A stretch of DNA of 64,000 nucleotides from Octopus vulgaris. Its lineage: Eukaryota. Shown one piece after another: positions 12,896 through 28,239 of the stretch (positions within the stretch are counted from its first letter, which is position 1; each line of letters begins with the position of its first letter). The translations under genes were made by a program, and so were the position numbers. The stretch lies in contig OX597816.1 in assembly GCA_951406725.2 (NCBI GenBank), forward strand, positions 110,174,001 to 110,238,000, written 5' to 3'. The notes under the pieces are model-generated. The model had not been told where the DNA came from. It saw only the letters and a list, made by a program, of their open reading frames with translations, and ran no database searches.

Positions 12896-13193
12896 TATTA
12901 AACAAATGTTAAATGTGAGCTGACAAGCTGTAGAGAGCTAGACTAAATGCAAAAGTTTTGTCTAAAATATTTGACATACATTTTGGTGAGGTCTTCTGTA
13001 CAATGATATTTCACCATAAGTAAGGAAAGGAATTGGAACCATACTTTGATATTCGCCACGGTACGTTTAATTGTACATATTCATAAATAAATATATGTAC
13101 ACGATACTCGTATCACAGTGATAACAATTGTAATACAAGCCTACAGGACAATATCCATACATGTGTATATTATATAACTCTGTATAAGAATAT

Positions 13194-13313
<120 letters not shown>

Positions 13314-13455
13314 CAGTCATTTTAGTTGTTTTGTTGATGGAGATCCTTTCATACTCGTTCTTATTGATATCCTTTTAATCTGCATTATATTTCCATCGTG
13401 ATACAAATGAACGAAGCTTCTATTATATTTTTCTTCTCAATTTTCTTTTATTGGG

Positions 13456-13527
<72 letters not shown>

Positions 13528-16500
13528 TATATAAAGGTAGTTCAAGGAAGATAACTGGAGCTTAGAACAGTTGTTATTTATATGATTGACATGTATTGCG
13601 TCAAAATTAAATACTGACTCATGACACGTAACTCCTGGCACTTGATCCACATAGTGCCAACTGCCGATTAAAACCACATAGTTCTCTCTCTACATAAATC
13701 CTCTCTCCCTATGTATACACACACACATATACACACGCGTTCGCATGCATACACACACACACAAAAGAAAATGCACGAGTAAACATGCACACATGTACAC
13801 ACGCACACATACACATATACCAGAAGGTTAACCATTAACCGGAAATACGTAGCGGGAATGCTAAGACATTTTTGTCCATTGAACTTCCAGCCGCCAGCTC
13901 TTCTCCAATTGAATTTCCTACTTGCTTAATTGTTGTATTTGTATTCAATGGTTTGTGTTATCTCAGTGCCATCACCTTTCGTCCCTAACGGAGCCGTGGT
14001 ATATTGAGATTTGGTGTAAATCAAAGAATTACATGCAAGAGTGATTTATAATTGGTTTCTTCTATCTTTGACTCAAATTCTGTAAAGGATAGGTCAGTAC
14101 ACACTTAGAAGATATGTATAGATATTTGCATACCCAAAACGCTGACGAATTTTCATTTGCACTCAAAACCAGATATTCCTATCGCACTGTGTGAAAATTT
14201 GAGTAACTGGCTGTTATCTTATTATTAGGAAGACCGAAATGTGAGAGGGAAAGTTAAATTGGTTGAGACAGATTACGGTAGCATAGGGTGATCCTTACTC
14301 TGAATCCAAAGTGCTTGATTTTTCAAATACAAATGAATAATGATGTAGAATATTGTGTGATATACAGTGTAATTAAGTTCATCAAATAACTAAATTCGAA
14401 GATTTGTTTAAAGACGTATCACCTCAAAACTGAATTTTTATTAATTATCTGAAATTCATAAAATAAGAATAAATAACTATACATATTGCAGTCATAGCTG
14501 AAACAGATGAATTTATCGAAACATTTAGACGGTCGTGTTTTTCTACTAAAACACGTGTAAATACAAACTGTCAAGTACTTAGAAACGGGCATCATATGCC
14601 GTTCTTCACTGATATATTCTTCAAAACCTCAAGATGAAAACAACATACTTTGCGACACGAAAATGGGTCAATTATTGTATCTGAAAATCTTATTGGCATA
14701 CAGAAGAATCATCTATTGTACTTACATAATTGATATGCACTATACCATAACTTTGAAAAGCATTAAGAAATGCAAGAATAAAATACATTGTGTAATCCGT
14801 AGTCTATAGTGAAACCTTTCACAATATCAACCAAGAATAAAGGTTTAATTTTTCTCGTGTAGACAGTAACTCTTATGGTTATATATATATATATATATAC
14901 ATATATATAGTACCTGCATTATGGTTGCCGAATACTATCAAGAAATTATTAATTCTTATTAATTTTCTAGTTTTGCGGACCCAGATTTTCCCGACGTTCT
15001 TGCAGTTGCTGCTTTATAATTCTGGATGGAGCGATAAATAATAAAAAAAACATCACAGCTATAAATATCTTATTTTTCATTCAGAAATAAATTTAACGGT
15101 TTTCGTTCGGGTTTAGGAATTACTTAGATGTTCTCTCATCAATAAGGTGCTTATAACGTTATCTAGCTATTGAATAACTTTTCTATACAAGATTACCAGA
15201 GTTAAGATGCGAGCAGACCATCGCTGAATATGTTATATTCTATGTTCTTATAGTATCACAGTCATAATTGCCTAAAATAGGCTTAGTTAGATCCTCCATA
15301 TATTTATGTTTGATATTGTAGTGCAAAACGTATTGGTTTTTCAAATCTCAAATTTTAATTCAATATCCGTCAGCGTAATGCTTCAGCTTAGCAAACCCGG
15401 TAGTTTCTGCATTTTCTTATGATGCTATGTAAAGCAAAGACACGTATTGAAATAATATCGCCTTGAGAAAATTGCATATACGAAGGCACACTGAGTTAGT
15501 AAATTTTAATGTAGTATGGTAACACCTTATCATCGGTCAGCGGAAAACGTTAGCAATGGATTGAAAAGCACTATCATCGAAGTAGTTAAACATATTTCGC
15601 TACCTTTCAACTTGGGGTGCTACTCTGACAAGAGCATGTTATGACACACCAGTGTCTTGCTATCTCAAAACTCGTAATATATTCTTCTACATTGTCGTTC
15701 ATAGAACATTTGGGATATTTTCAGAAATAGCGAGCCCGGTGGTTATAGAACCACTTTTTGTCTTGTATCGATAAATATATAAAAATACAGTATGCCTATG
15801 TATATTCATTTCGGTATTTTGACGCAACAATACTAATATAACATTTTTAAAAAAGTTCTACTCCATATGGGAACATTGACGTTATGGGAATTTGTTATAT
15901 TGGTATTGATTTTATTGTGTCACTTCTTTTACAAATCATTATTGAATGTTTTTCATCATATATTGTTAAGAGTTATTGTTATTTTAAATTATGAATTTCC
16001 TTACTATTATATTGTAAGCTTAATATACTATATCTTCTGTTGTTTATTGAGTAGACCTAATGCTGAGAAAATAAAGCTACCAAAATTCATAGATGTGAAA
16101 GTTCGCAAGCAATAAATTCTGTTGAACTTGAGTGAATATAGTTATGATATAATCTTACTTGTAGAAAATAATTTAGATGAGCCAGTATTACGTATATGTC
16201 AGGTGTATTGTACTAATTAATTTGAACCTGCTTGACTTGGTAGAAAAATTTTGATATTCCTGTAACTGTATGGCTCGATGTATATGCTACCGTTCGAATA
16301 TATGTTACAGAGTAAAGCATTCTCGTGTAATAAATGTTATTTTCAATATTGTACAAATAAAATTTTGAGCTTATGAACAGGAGAGTAATAGCCACAGACA
16401 AAGAGAGTGTGTATGTAGAGCAATCATTCGGGTAAATATTTTTAAAAAAATGAGAAGTTATTTTATAGCAGGCACATATTTATAGATTGTGGGAGAGATA

Positions 16501-17357
16501 TACTCTCTGTCGACCCCAGTATTTGAACGTATGCGGTTTTATAGAAAGTATTACGATTACTCGCAAATGCGACTCAGAACATAGAATGCAAAGCGACTTA
16601 ACTGCTCTGTGTGTCTTACTTAAACCTTTGTCAAATATAGCCAATGTAACGAAGACACTGTTCGTAAATGAACACAAGAAGCACCTTATTGCATTTTCTA
16701 TTATTTTGAACTTCATAAAATGCGTTATGTATACGTCGGATAATATTGATGTGCATATTCATTTATAAATTTTCCTTATAAAAATTAACTTATTTCTTTT
16801 ATTACAAAAAAAGTACTTTCTTTCAAAAAACTGAATATAATAAGAAAAGATAGAAAATTTAGAAATAATTTAAAAAGTGATCAATACATATTGCTGTTAT
16901 CACAAGTGAATTTGTAATGAATATGAATAAAAAAAAACAAGATAAAAAATAAATTGTACTATTCTAATTCCAATTAAATATTCTCACAAAATTGGTACAA
17001 ACAAATTTGATAAAACCAATTAGAAAACTGACAAAGTATAATTAAAACTTTCCAAGAATAGGCAGCAATTATATTTCACACATATGTATTCATATTATGC
17101 CAAATGAACATATACTAATTATCTTCTTTGACTATCTGTGGTACAAACCAGGAATATTAATCATTCAAATTAAAATTTTCTTTCAACAGTCAAGCAGTAA
17201 TTTCTTTGTGGTTTCCGTAACATATGCATGTAATTTTCATATATGTAGATGGCTATACATATACAAACACAGACACGCAAACACACATGCATACATACAT
17301 ACATATGTATATGTATATATACGTACACACACACACACATATATATATATATGTATG

Positions 17358-17399
<42 letters not shown>

Positions 17400-20300
17400 T
17401 ATATAAACATACACACTCATAAGTATCTTGTCCCAAAACTATGCGTGTCTATATCCACATATATGTATATATCTATATGTATGCATATAAAGAGAGAGGA
17501 AAAAAGAGCGCGAGAAGAGAAGAAAGCAGAGAAGCACTCAGGCAAGATGACAAGTAGGTTGACTAGGAACTAGATGATGTCATTTGAAACCAGAAATCAT
17601 TATACAGATATTGAATTAATTTTTGAAAGTTAGTAGAAATATTTTTAAAAAATCTTATACACTGGTTAACGACCTTATCATATGCAACTTATATAACCAT
17701 GTGTTAGACATGTTTCCGTGCTTACAACAACAACAATAACATATATGTAAAGATTTTCTCCTAACTGAAATATTTCACAAACATCAAATGAATTTATATA
17801 TTTTCCATTTTGATGCAAAAACATATCAGTCAACAATGTAAAACATATGGATGGTATTTGTTTGATGTGCCGTGCATGAATTGGTGGATGAAAATATGTT
17901 TCTTGGCTTGAGAAAAATAGTTCAAACAACACAGAAAACATTTAACTGAAATATATATTGTCGCTCATAAAGACAATCGGCGCTGGCCATTGGCAGTTAA
18001 CATCAGAAATAATTACGGACTGATAGGGAGATACATCTGTGAGAATACAGATTGTTATCGGTATCGGAAAATGTGATCGGTCAAACACATTTGACATTAA
18101 GTGCGTTATCGACGTGACTGAAGCTCCTTAGTCGTTTGTCCTAGGTCGTCTCATGTCTAAAATGTGCGCCAAATAGTTTTAATAGGGGAACGGAGCTAAA
18201 TTCTAGAATGGTTAAGAAAACTTTGCTAGGATATTTTTGCCTCACACTTATTGGTCGACTATTAGACCGCTAAAGTGAAACTATGGAAATTTGTTGGTGA
18301 TGTTTGATCGAATATCCATGAATTCTATTTCGAAACTTCCAGCTCATTACATAAATATAAACGGAGCAAACCAATAACGAGAATTCACATAGAAGAGGCC
18401 AACACAAGAAGAAAAGAAAGCCGTTCACAAAAACTGAAAAAATTGTAGGAATTGTGCACTTTTTTCTTTTTTTTCTTGGGAAATGGTAAATGGAAATCAT
18501 TTTTTATGTTAAAATATACGTGCGAGTACACCTAATATGCCAGTGGACTCTTCTTTTGCTTCTGGTTACCAGTATAAGATGCCTGTTGTTGAATAATGTG
18601 TTATGTTTATGGGTGAAATTTTTGGGCATGGCAGAAGTGGAAGGGGAATGTTGTTGTAGAGGAAAAGACTCAATGAAAGCCTACATAAATCGATCAAATT
18701 TGACAGTATTAGGTTTCTCTGGAGAGTTGAAAACCATATATTTTTGTTTAGCTTTTAACACAGGGCACGGCCTAGAACAAGCCAAGTGCAAAGGATATTT
18801 ATCTGAATCGTTGCATAAAAATGCATGAGTCTAGATATTGATATCGGATGGATCAAAACTTTTAATCGACTGAGATTCGTTATTAACGGAAATAACTCCG
18901 CCATGTAATTTTTTAGCCAAGCCAAGTCGACCAATTGGGTAGACGAGGTCTGCTCTCTTACAGACGTTATTGTGGTTGGTATATATGATGGGAGGCGTTA
19001 GAGAAAGTGTCGCTACATAAACTCAAGTGAGTTATTCTTCACTAATTCTTTTATTCTTCTCAACTCATTCGTAATGAGAAAATTTCTTATCCCTAAAATA
19101 TCTTTTGGAGAAGTTGGTGAAAACGCGTCTGTTTAGACGTAGACATAGATCGAAAAATTTCTGACTTCATACTTTGATAAAATGTGGAGTGGAATGATAG
19201 GTAATCAAAGTTTTGACTTCAGTGCTGAAGGCAGGAGGAAAATCTCTGACTAAAAGATAAAACTGACGTGTAACTGAAGAAATGTTATTCGATGCAAAAT
19301 TGACTTAGGGCCGAGAAAACGAAACAGAAAGGTCTCCAGTATATAGGGATGAAACGAAGGATAACACAGATTGAATAGCTGGGCTATCACTATTTTCAGA
19401 AGAAAACGACGGGTAGGTGAAGTTGGAAATTTATTGGAAACATGCAAATGCAAGGATATGAAAAGAATAAATACTGGTTCTCATAGGGAACTCGTGAAGG
19501 TTCTGGATCAAATTAACTTAGATTCATTCATTCGAGTGAAGAGCCTAGAAGGGTGAATTTGACTATTATTTCGAGTTAGACAAGGGATACGCTTAAGCAA
19601 ACAGATTACTCATCGTCATAGCTTGAAGTAATAAGGGCTAGAGTGATAAGAATTGCATGTGAGGTGGCGTCTTCTGCTTTTGAATTTTCCTCGTTGCCGT
19701 AGTAATTGTGAAGAGTTGGTGTTCACACACTTAATGAGTTGGCTGGTTGTTTCTGAGTCATATATCGCCAAATGTTCTTGAGATGAATGTCGGCTATCCA
19801 ATTTCACGGTTTTACTGCGCTTCTCTTGAGTTGAGATCTATCAGTTGTTCCGTTAGTGAAGGAGAATGTCAAATGTCATCAATGTCGCAAACGGGTGGTG
19901 GATATTTGTAGTGCCGTGGTTGAATTTGTGAACGAAAATATTTCTTCGCTGTCTGATAAAAGATAACTTAAATCACACGGGCGTGTAACTGGAGTATTTC
20001 TTGTCCCACATGCAGAAGCAGTAATAATTATTGACTGGGAGCGGGAGTACAGAAAGTGCTCTCAGTACGGTAACATTAGGTCGACCCAATATATTCGAAG
20101 TAAACTGCACTATCTTCGTGGTGACTGAGGTCCTTGGTCGTTTGACCTAGGCATTCTGCAGTCTAAACTGTGCCCAAAATAGCTTTTAGAGGGTTTCGAA
20201 TGACAGCTACACACGTTCATGTCTATACATTTAATCTAAAATCATTATTTGAATCGTGTACATCGAGATGTCAAATGAATATTTACATAATCATCCTTTT

Positions 20301-20639
20301 CATACATAGTTCTCAAATCCTTGTATACTTGAAATTAGATTAATAAAGGAACGTACACCTGTTTCACAGGTATACATATCTCATTATGTGATTATTTTCA
20401 CTTTTAAACTATTAAATTGATTCACGTTATAGGACGAGGCAACTATCTACAATCTTGTAAATTCATGTTCAGTGACAAATGTTTATGTTAATGGCAATAA
20501 AAACACCGTGGCATATATTACATTACATTCCGTTCCAGATAGAAACGGGCAATTTAAAAAGAAAAACCTATTGCGTCATCTACCATTTAATCCAACATTT
20601 GTCCGCGAAATTAACTCCTTCCGCTGTGGATTTTTACGA

Positions 20640-20940
20640 GTTCAGTATTTTCTCATAAGGACATTGAACAATCCTCGTAACGAGCATTCTTCGACATTTC
20701 AGCTGCCCTTTATTTTTTTGCCAAGAAATTGTGTGTAAGAGGAGCCGCATAGACAGTCACTTTGCAAGAGCTCAGTGTGCAGGGTTTGTTTGCCGATGTC
20801 CCAGGTCAAATGCTTCTCTTTTCCTTACACATAGCTCGATATACTATCAATACCTAAATTACCTTGTCAAAAAATCTCGTTATCAGCGATGCTATTCCAC
20901 AGAAAAATAACGCTCAGCATCACCTACAGCCAAGCTTTTA
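20640..20940 (-). mobile_element. Possible decayed mariner remnant
   Basis: Minus-strand remnants VMLSVIF... and ...TQFLGKK resemble segments of the mariner catalytic domain; very degraded. Confidence 0.3.
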
Positions 20941-21719
20941 TTACCAGTTCGATTTCAAATAAATCTTGATTGAATATGACTTTGTTTTGGTTTTATTCAT
21001 ATATGAAAAGACACAGCACACATTTTCAGAAATATGATGTATCTTTAGCTTTGACACGACATTTTATAGTTATTACCTATCTCAACACAATATTCCATAT
21101 TTTACTGGACATAGATCTTATTATACGATTTTTTTGAATTATACTGTTTTCATTCAATTTATAAATAGATGGCTAATTCTATGTCTCGTTAATTTGATAT
21201 ATTTCCATTTATACTGGCAATTAGACTTTATTTATATCACTTTTTTTCTTCTGCATGGTTATACTTCAAGTAATTTTAGAACATTTCTTAGTCCAGAGAT
21301 TTTTTATGTTAGATTTCGTCGTAATATATTTCAGTTTAAATTACATTAATAACGAATAATAAAATCAAAATAATATATTATCGAAAAAATATTTAGTCAA
21401 CAAAATACAGGGGAAAGTAGACAATATTACAGAAGCTGAATATTTTCTAGTTTCTTGAGGCAATAATAGCGAGTGGTGTAGTGTAAAAATTGATGCACAC
21501 CAGCAAGTGTCCGAGTCAGTGATACACTCTCAAATCACGATGTAGCTCTTTTCCATTAAACATAGTAGTTCTATGCTTTGTTAAAATAAACAATGATGAA
21601 GTGTCTTTTAGGTGTTTTGATTCGCAAGAAATAGTTATGAGATATTCTTCATCATTATGTTCAGAGAATATACGGCAAAGGAAATCAATATATAGACACA
21701 TTCATTCGTTCATTCATTC

Positions 21720-21770
21720 ATACATACATACATACATACATACATGCATACATACATACATACATACATG

Positions 21771-21801
<31 letters not shown>

Positions 21802-21817
21802 GCATACATACATACAT
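21720..21817. repeat. (TACA)n microsatellite
   Basis: Read directly. Confidence 0.95.
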
Positions 21818-22041
21818 AGACACGCACACAGAGAAATACATATATATATGTATAAGTATAAACGTCCATATGCATACTGACACATACACGCACGTCCATA
21901 CACACACTTGACAACATATACGTAGTCACTCACTCACCCCCATTTATACATACACACTCATTTACACCATTCTCACATACATCCACATACGCTTAGACAC
22001 ATTATGTCTTTGGGGGACATTGTTATCGTTATTATCATCAC

Positions 22042-22737
22042 TATTAGTAGCTGGCCCCGTGCCCTCAGAACTGGCGATTAATTTTAGTATTTCATATATA
22101 AGTAAAGCACAAAACTAAGGTTTTAGTTTAATAATTCTTTTATAACCAAATTTATAATATACCTTTCAACCGCAGTCATTTTATATACTTCATACACGCA
22201 GGCAATGATTGCTTTCTCTAATGCTTTTTTTTTTGCATATGCATATGTTTGTGTAGGTGTGTGTGACTGTAATAATTATTTTTAACAAAATAGATAGAAT
22301 ATGGATGGTAAATCAAATTAATATACTTGTCAAAGTTATCTAGTGGCTCTCTTTTAAGAAGAGACATCCATCATCGTTTGTTACTGAAAGAACGCTGGTT
22401 CACACATACAAACTTTCACATACTTCCCTTGTACACACACAAACATATACTCACAAAAATTTGAAATGTTGTTTTGATTTTTCTTTTCAACGTTGAATAT
22501 TCACCTTCCCACCTCCGTTGCACACGCACACACACACATTCATATACTTCACTTTTACATACACAGAGATATACTCACACAGAGTTGAAACGCTGTTTCA
22601 TATTTCTTGCACAGTAGAATTCCATCATCCCACTACCAGTTTCCCATAACCCATTTCTTCTTTATTCACCTATCACCCCATCTTTTCCCGTTTATATTTT
22701 ATGACGGAGAAAAACCAAAGAGTATTTTCATTGTAGA
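22042..22737 (-). mobile_element. Possible older non-autonomous Helitron-like element with an internal ~125-bp tandem duplication
   Basis: Minus strand starts a|tctacaatgaaaatactc, with a decayed GC-rich hairpin and CTAR-like end near 22042-22077. Duplicated block tcacatacttcccttgtacac...gaaatgttgtttt (about 22417) versus tcatatacttcacttttacat...gaaacgctgtttc (about 22540). Confidence 0.35.
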
Positions 22738-22782
22738 TTATTATTATTATATTATTATTACTACTATTTATTATTATTATTA

Positions 22783-22875
<93 letters not shown>
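22737..22875. repeat. (TTA)n microsatellite
   Basis: Read directly; explains the poly-Tyr ORF. Confidence 0.95.
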
Positions 22876-22876
<1 letters not shown>

Positions 22877-23584
22877 CTCCAGTTCATTCAGTCTCTTTTT
22901 CCAGTTACTTCACCATGCTGGACCGTTGAACCATGTCTTCTCTCTCCATTTTTTATTCACTCTCCATTTTATTCCTATGGTTTTAACACTAAGAAAGGAA
23001 TGTTCTCAAATAAATTTAGCAAACACCAGAACGTAAACAAGCAAGACATATGAAAAGCAACAAAATATACAGATTAATCACACGTCAGGTTTCGTTGTTA
23101 CCACTTACGTAGATGCTCGCAAATCGTCAGTGTGATCGTCATAGCAAAATATAATTTGGAAATCTATACACGTGACGCTTGTATGAGATTGAATGTATAT
23201 ATAGTTCTACTAATTACATTTGGAGTTATATTTCAAATGTCTTCGTTTTGGCGCGAAAAATTACCGGAAATAATTCTGCAAAGAATAATTTTCATCCCAT
23301 CCCGGTATAACGACCCTCTATGCTTGTTTTCGATCGGTTCCCTTGTATGGCTCAAATATCCTGTTTTTGTTCCCAGCTTTAGCATTTCATAGATCCTAAA
23401 TTTTATTTTCGAATTTATGGGAGGACCCATATTGTCGTTGAATGCTCGAAATGATGGGTAGATAAACGGCCGAAAGCTGATTAAGAGCTCTTGGTCCGTG
23501 TTTTCTTGTCCTATTTTCTATTCTTTCTCTCGTCGTTTACGTATTTCATATTTGCACAGCTAGAGGCAACCTGTACCCATATAA

Positions 23585-23672
<88 letters not shown>

Positions 23673-24144
23673 GAGAGAGAGAGAGAACCAGAGAGAGATA
23701 ATGTATGTGTATATTTGTGTGTGTAGATTTGTGTTTGTCTTTTCTTCGTTGTGTGCCTCAGATTTCGATAGAGATGTAGCAAAACCGTCACGTTATATTC
23801 CTTGTGGAGCTCATCTGTTTCGAATATATACCACACCCAGCTGATGTTCACTGCGAGAAAGGGAATAAAGACAGAACGTAATGCTGTTCTTACTTTGCAA
23901 CCACTGAAAGATTACGTGAGCCTGGAAGATTTTAAACGAATTGACGGCATAAATGCCTCAAATCAGTTTGTTTAAAACTATCACAATTCTATCAAGTAGT
24001 CTATGCATGCTTATGCATGAATACAGATGTTTATAAGCATTTACAAATACTGGTGTAGAGACACAATTATTGATAAGGATAATTAGAGGAATAGACAGAC
24101 AGTGACACACACAGACTGAGAGGAAGACAGACAGATAGATAGAC

Positions 24145-24207
<63 letters not shown>

Positions 24208-27200
24208 CAGGCAGTTAGATAAATCGGTACATAATATCCCCAAACCACGCACCCACCTCCACATACGGAGTATTTATTAATTAGTTTCTCAGTATGAGTA
24301 CCAGGAGAAGGTATCTACAGTCTCTCTATGTTTTGGCTATCGAAGTAATCATCTCCCGCGTTAATTACGCAGCAATTTATACTTCTGAAAGTTTTGCAGC
24401 AGTGTATTATTATTTGCATATCTCACAGGAAGTCAGCGATTGTTAAAAAAATGTTGTTTTTCTTCCTGCCTAATATTTTGAATTAAGTGGCATTGTACGT
24501 TTCTATATTTGTTAGAAACTAATTCTCTAACAGATAACGAGTTTAAAATTGCTGGTCAACGTGTTGCAGCAGGAGATATTGGATTCTGTTACAGGAGTTA
24601 TTTGTTCATGGAATTTCCCAATTGTTTAATCTGTTAATGTCACGAACACCGCTGCCATCTCCACCGGCGAAAACTATATATTAGCTAATAAATATTTCTT
24701 CATTTAGCATTGTGAAATGGAAGACATATCAATATTTAATAACATTTCCGAGGCCATAGTTTCTAAAACAAATTGTCGTCAACATATTCGCGTGACCTGC
24801 AAGAATAACCAGCGAAATCTTCCTGCAACTACTTCCGACTCTTTCAAAAGAGGAAAGTGATGCCGAAACATTTATTCGTAAAGAAGAATAACAAAACAAG
24901 AGAGTGAGAAAAAGCATTATGTCAGATAAAAAAATTAATGGAAACTATTTCTAGAATAGCGAATCGTGGTAGGACGGTACACCGTCAAGAGAAAATAAAC
25001 ATTGATCAACACGAAGCATGAGAAAAATTTTAACGTTGCACTTTGCAGAAAACATCATAAGAGTATGCGGATAGGAAGGGATTGAATCTCAAAATTTACA
25101 CGCATATATTAAAATGACACAAAGTACAAATCTTAACATTAAACGAATGCAAATAATTGGGAAAATCGCCAAAAAGATGGTCTTGCTATTTGTCGTAGAA
25201 CAGCTGCTCAGGCAAAAGTGTAACAATTCCAACAACCATAGATTCTAGAACGTAATACACAGGCAAACACTTAGGAAACGAAAGCGTTGCCTATCGCTCT
25301 ACAAGAAATATCAAATTCTTCATTTCAATATCAAACACTGCAGCCTTGTAAATTGACTATATGGATAATATGGTCATCTATATACACTTCTTAGACAAAA
25401 ACTAGATGAGCGTGATATAGTTCTCCTTAATAGTCTTAAACAGCTAGTCATAAACAAGAACATTCAAAGTAGACAAAATGCATACCATATCTATAAAGTA
25501 AAATCATTAATGTATGGTAATAGTAATACACACCAATTTAATACAATTTTAAATCGTCGTAATAAAACACTAATTGCATCTCAATACTTTAGCGAATGAA
25601 ATCTACGAGATACAACTCATCATAGGATCCGTTCAAATACCTATTGGTGCCACGATAAATTATAAGGACCAAGAGACAGTGAAGAATCCTTGATGTGTAT
25701 AAATCGATGAAATAAGTGGAAGAGACAGACAGATCTTGAGTAGGCATTATGTACATAGGACGCACTATAAATAACTGCATTAAAAAAACATAAGCGAAAA
25801 GCATATTAATGTATTCATAGATATCACTACCAAGTAACACATTACAACTACAGCACACAAACAACGCTATCGCCAACGTGCGCACATTTTGCCGTTATTA
25901 GGAATCTTTTTTACCTTAAGCGGATTGCACACGTTGTCACGCATTGTGTTCGATAACTTAACCCAATAGTCACGAAGTCTCGTGAAGTGTAATGGGCACT
26001 GCATTCCCTACATTGAAAAGATAAAAACTCAGCAGTTCAGTAAAGCAAAATTAAGTGTGACTAGTAGGATAATTGTCCGTTAAAATTGCTACAGCAAACC
26101 ACATCACATATATTAACACCTTAAAATGATATATTAATAACAATCACAAGCTTTTATATGAAAATAACTTCAAGAAGTAATAAATAGAAAAATCTTAAAA
26201 TCGAATTGCCATAAAGTGGGAAGAATAAGGAGTTAATACTAAGTAAATAAACTTAATAAAACCCATATTCAAAGGAACACTCGAATACACAGAATGAATT
26301 CATAAAAATTATAGAACAAATAGAATATTACACATGCCAATTTAACTACTACTAACATTTTCAATGATTTTGATATTATTCTGTGGTTCAACTAGTAACA
26401 AAATTACTACAAATCGTGTATGAAAAATTTCAGAAATTAAAAAAAAATCAATATCCTAAGATGCCGCACTTATTAAGACTAATAGACCCGTGGAAATTCC
26501 ACAGATTGGAAATAATTAAATGGAAAGAGGACCTATTTAAGAAAGAGGGGATGATTTGCATGTTTATAGCATCCATTGTTTAACTTTCTTCAAATATTCT
26601 TGACGCTCATCTACATTAATTTTCTCATGTCTCCAACAATGTTGCCCTTTTCCTCTTTATATTATATCTTCTTGCTGTTCCTCTTTGATCCGTGCTCTAT
26701 ATCTGCCCATCCTTTCTCGGGCATCTTGCAACCGTGTTTCTTGTCAATCAAGTGTTTAGGCTAAATTTACCCGTATAAAGAAATATAAATTTCTGCAGCG
26801 AACAGACGCCATAACAAAATCAGTTCAATAAAAAAAATACTTTTCACTATCAACACACTACCGCAACTACCTTCATTACCAACACCAACACCGATATCTT
26901 CCCCCTCTCACTCTCAATATAACTGCCTCGCCCGTCCATCTCTCTCTCTACCTGTCTTTCTCTTGAGCTAACGTTTTAACCATGTAATTAAGTATTCCTT
27001 TCCCACCCCATCGCACACCGTTAATAATGCACTCTATTTCTCTCGTCACCTTTCTCTCTCGTGCTTCGCCTCTAACTTCAGCTGACCATGTGACCACTTG
27101 GCCTAAGTGTTTTAATATTAATCACCTTTCTCTACTTCCTTCTCTCTTCTTTCTTCACTGTTCCTTTTTTCTCTGTAACTCTCACTCTTACTCCTCCCCT

Positions 27201-28239
27201 CACTTACTCTGCCTCCATATCTCTAACTATCTAATGTATAACGGGAGAACGAACAAACAGATTATTTTATACATTACAAAAGAATACAGTGAATTTGCAA
27301 TTTTCTGAAGGGAATACTGCAAAGTTTTGGTTTGTTTCTCTCGGCCGTCTTTTTTAAACTATACCAACGCAAGTTTGCGTTAATATAATATTTAGTGTAA
27401 ATTCCTTCATCTGTAATACTATAAATTATAAAATGCCATGTATATATATCAAATTCAGTCAATGCTTCAGCTTTAACGCAAAAGTTTCAATCAGCAATTA
27501 ATGTCTTTCGAAATAAGTGAAATTGTGTTGAGATGAAAGTAGCGGTGTTTGTCGAAAGAAACCTGAATATTTAAAGAGCTTCAAGTAGGAGGTTTTTGTG
27601 ATACCTGAAATAAGTCAGATGAGGAAGAGCCTGGAACTTCTCCGATTTGTACAACCACAACTTTTATTATATTACCTCACAGGTTGAAATATGCCAGTCC
27701 ATAAAATAAACGGGGGAGAATGTGCACAGACACACGACAAAATAAAATCACACGCCAGAGGACTCTATCGAACCATTTGATATGGATTTTTGACATGAAT
27801 TTAATTACCATCGATCTTTAGATCTCTGAATATATATCTCATTGCACAAAATAACAGCTGCGATTATATTTACATTGGCATATTCTAAATAGTGAAATTG
27901 TCTCCCTAGTATAGCTCAAGGATGAATAAGTTGAACAAAGTTCACTTGTAAAATATACGACGTTTGAAATTGAAGATTTTAATGATATACTATTTCCATA
28001 CGATGACTAACATGCCTCTGAAATGGATATGTTTATGTTTTGTTAATCACTTGCAATGAGATGTTAATATCATATCAGGCACAAATAATGGAGAATACGG
28101 CTACGCATTTTAGCAGCAATTACTCTTATATCGTAATTTAATTAATTAACTTGTCTACTGGAATACACGACTGGAATTTGGTGCATAAATGAGTCTTACT
28201 CAGTTTGTCAAGTTTTTAACGACAATAACTACGTTGATG

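Noticed and set aside
15515-15600. VTPYHRSA resembling the retroviral integrase TPYHPQSNG motif
   Set aside because: Isolated partial match with no other integrase motifs.
24900-27300. Possible ancient LINE endonuclease and 3' UTR remnant
   Set aside because: Only vague motif echoes; too degraded to support by eye.
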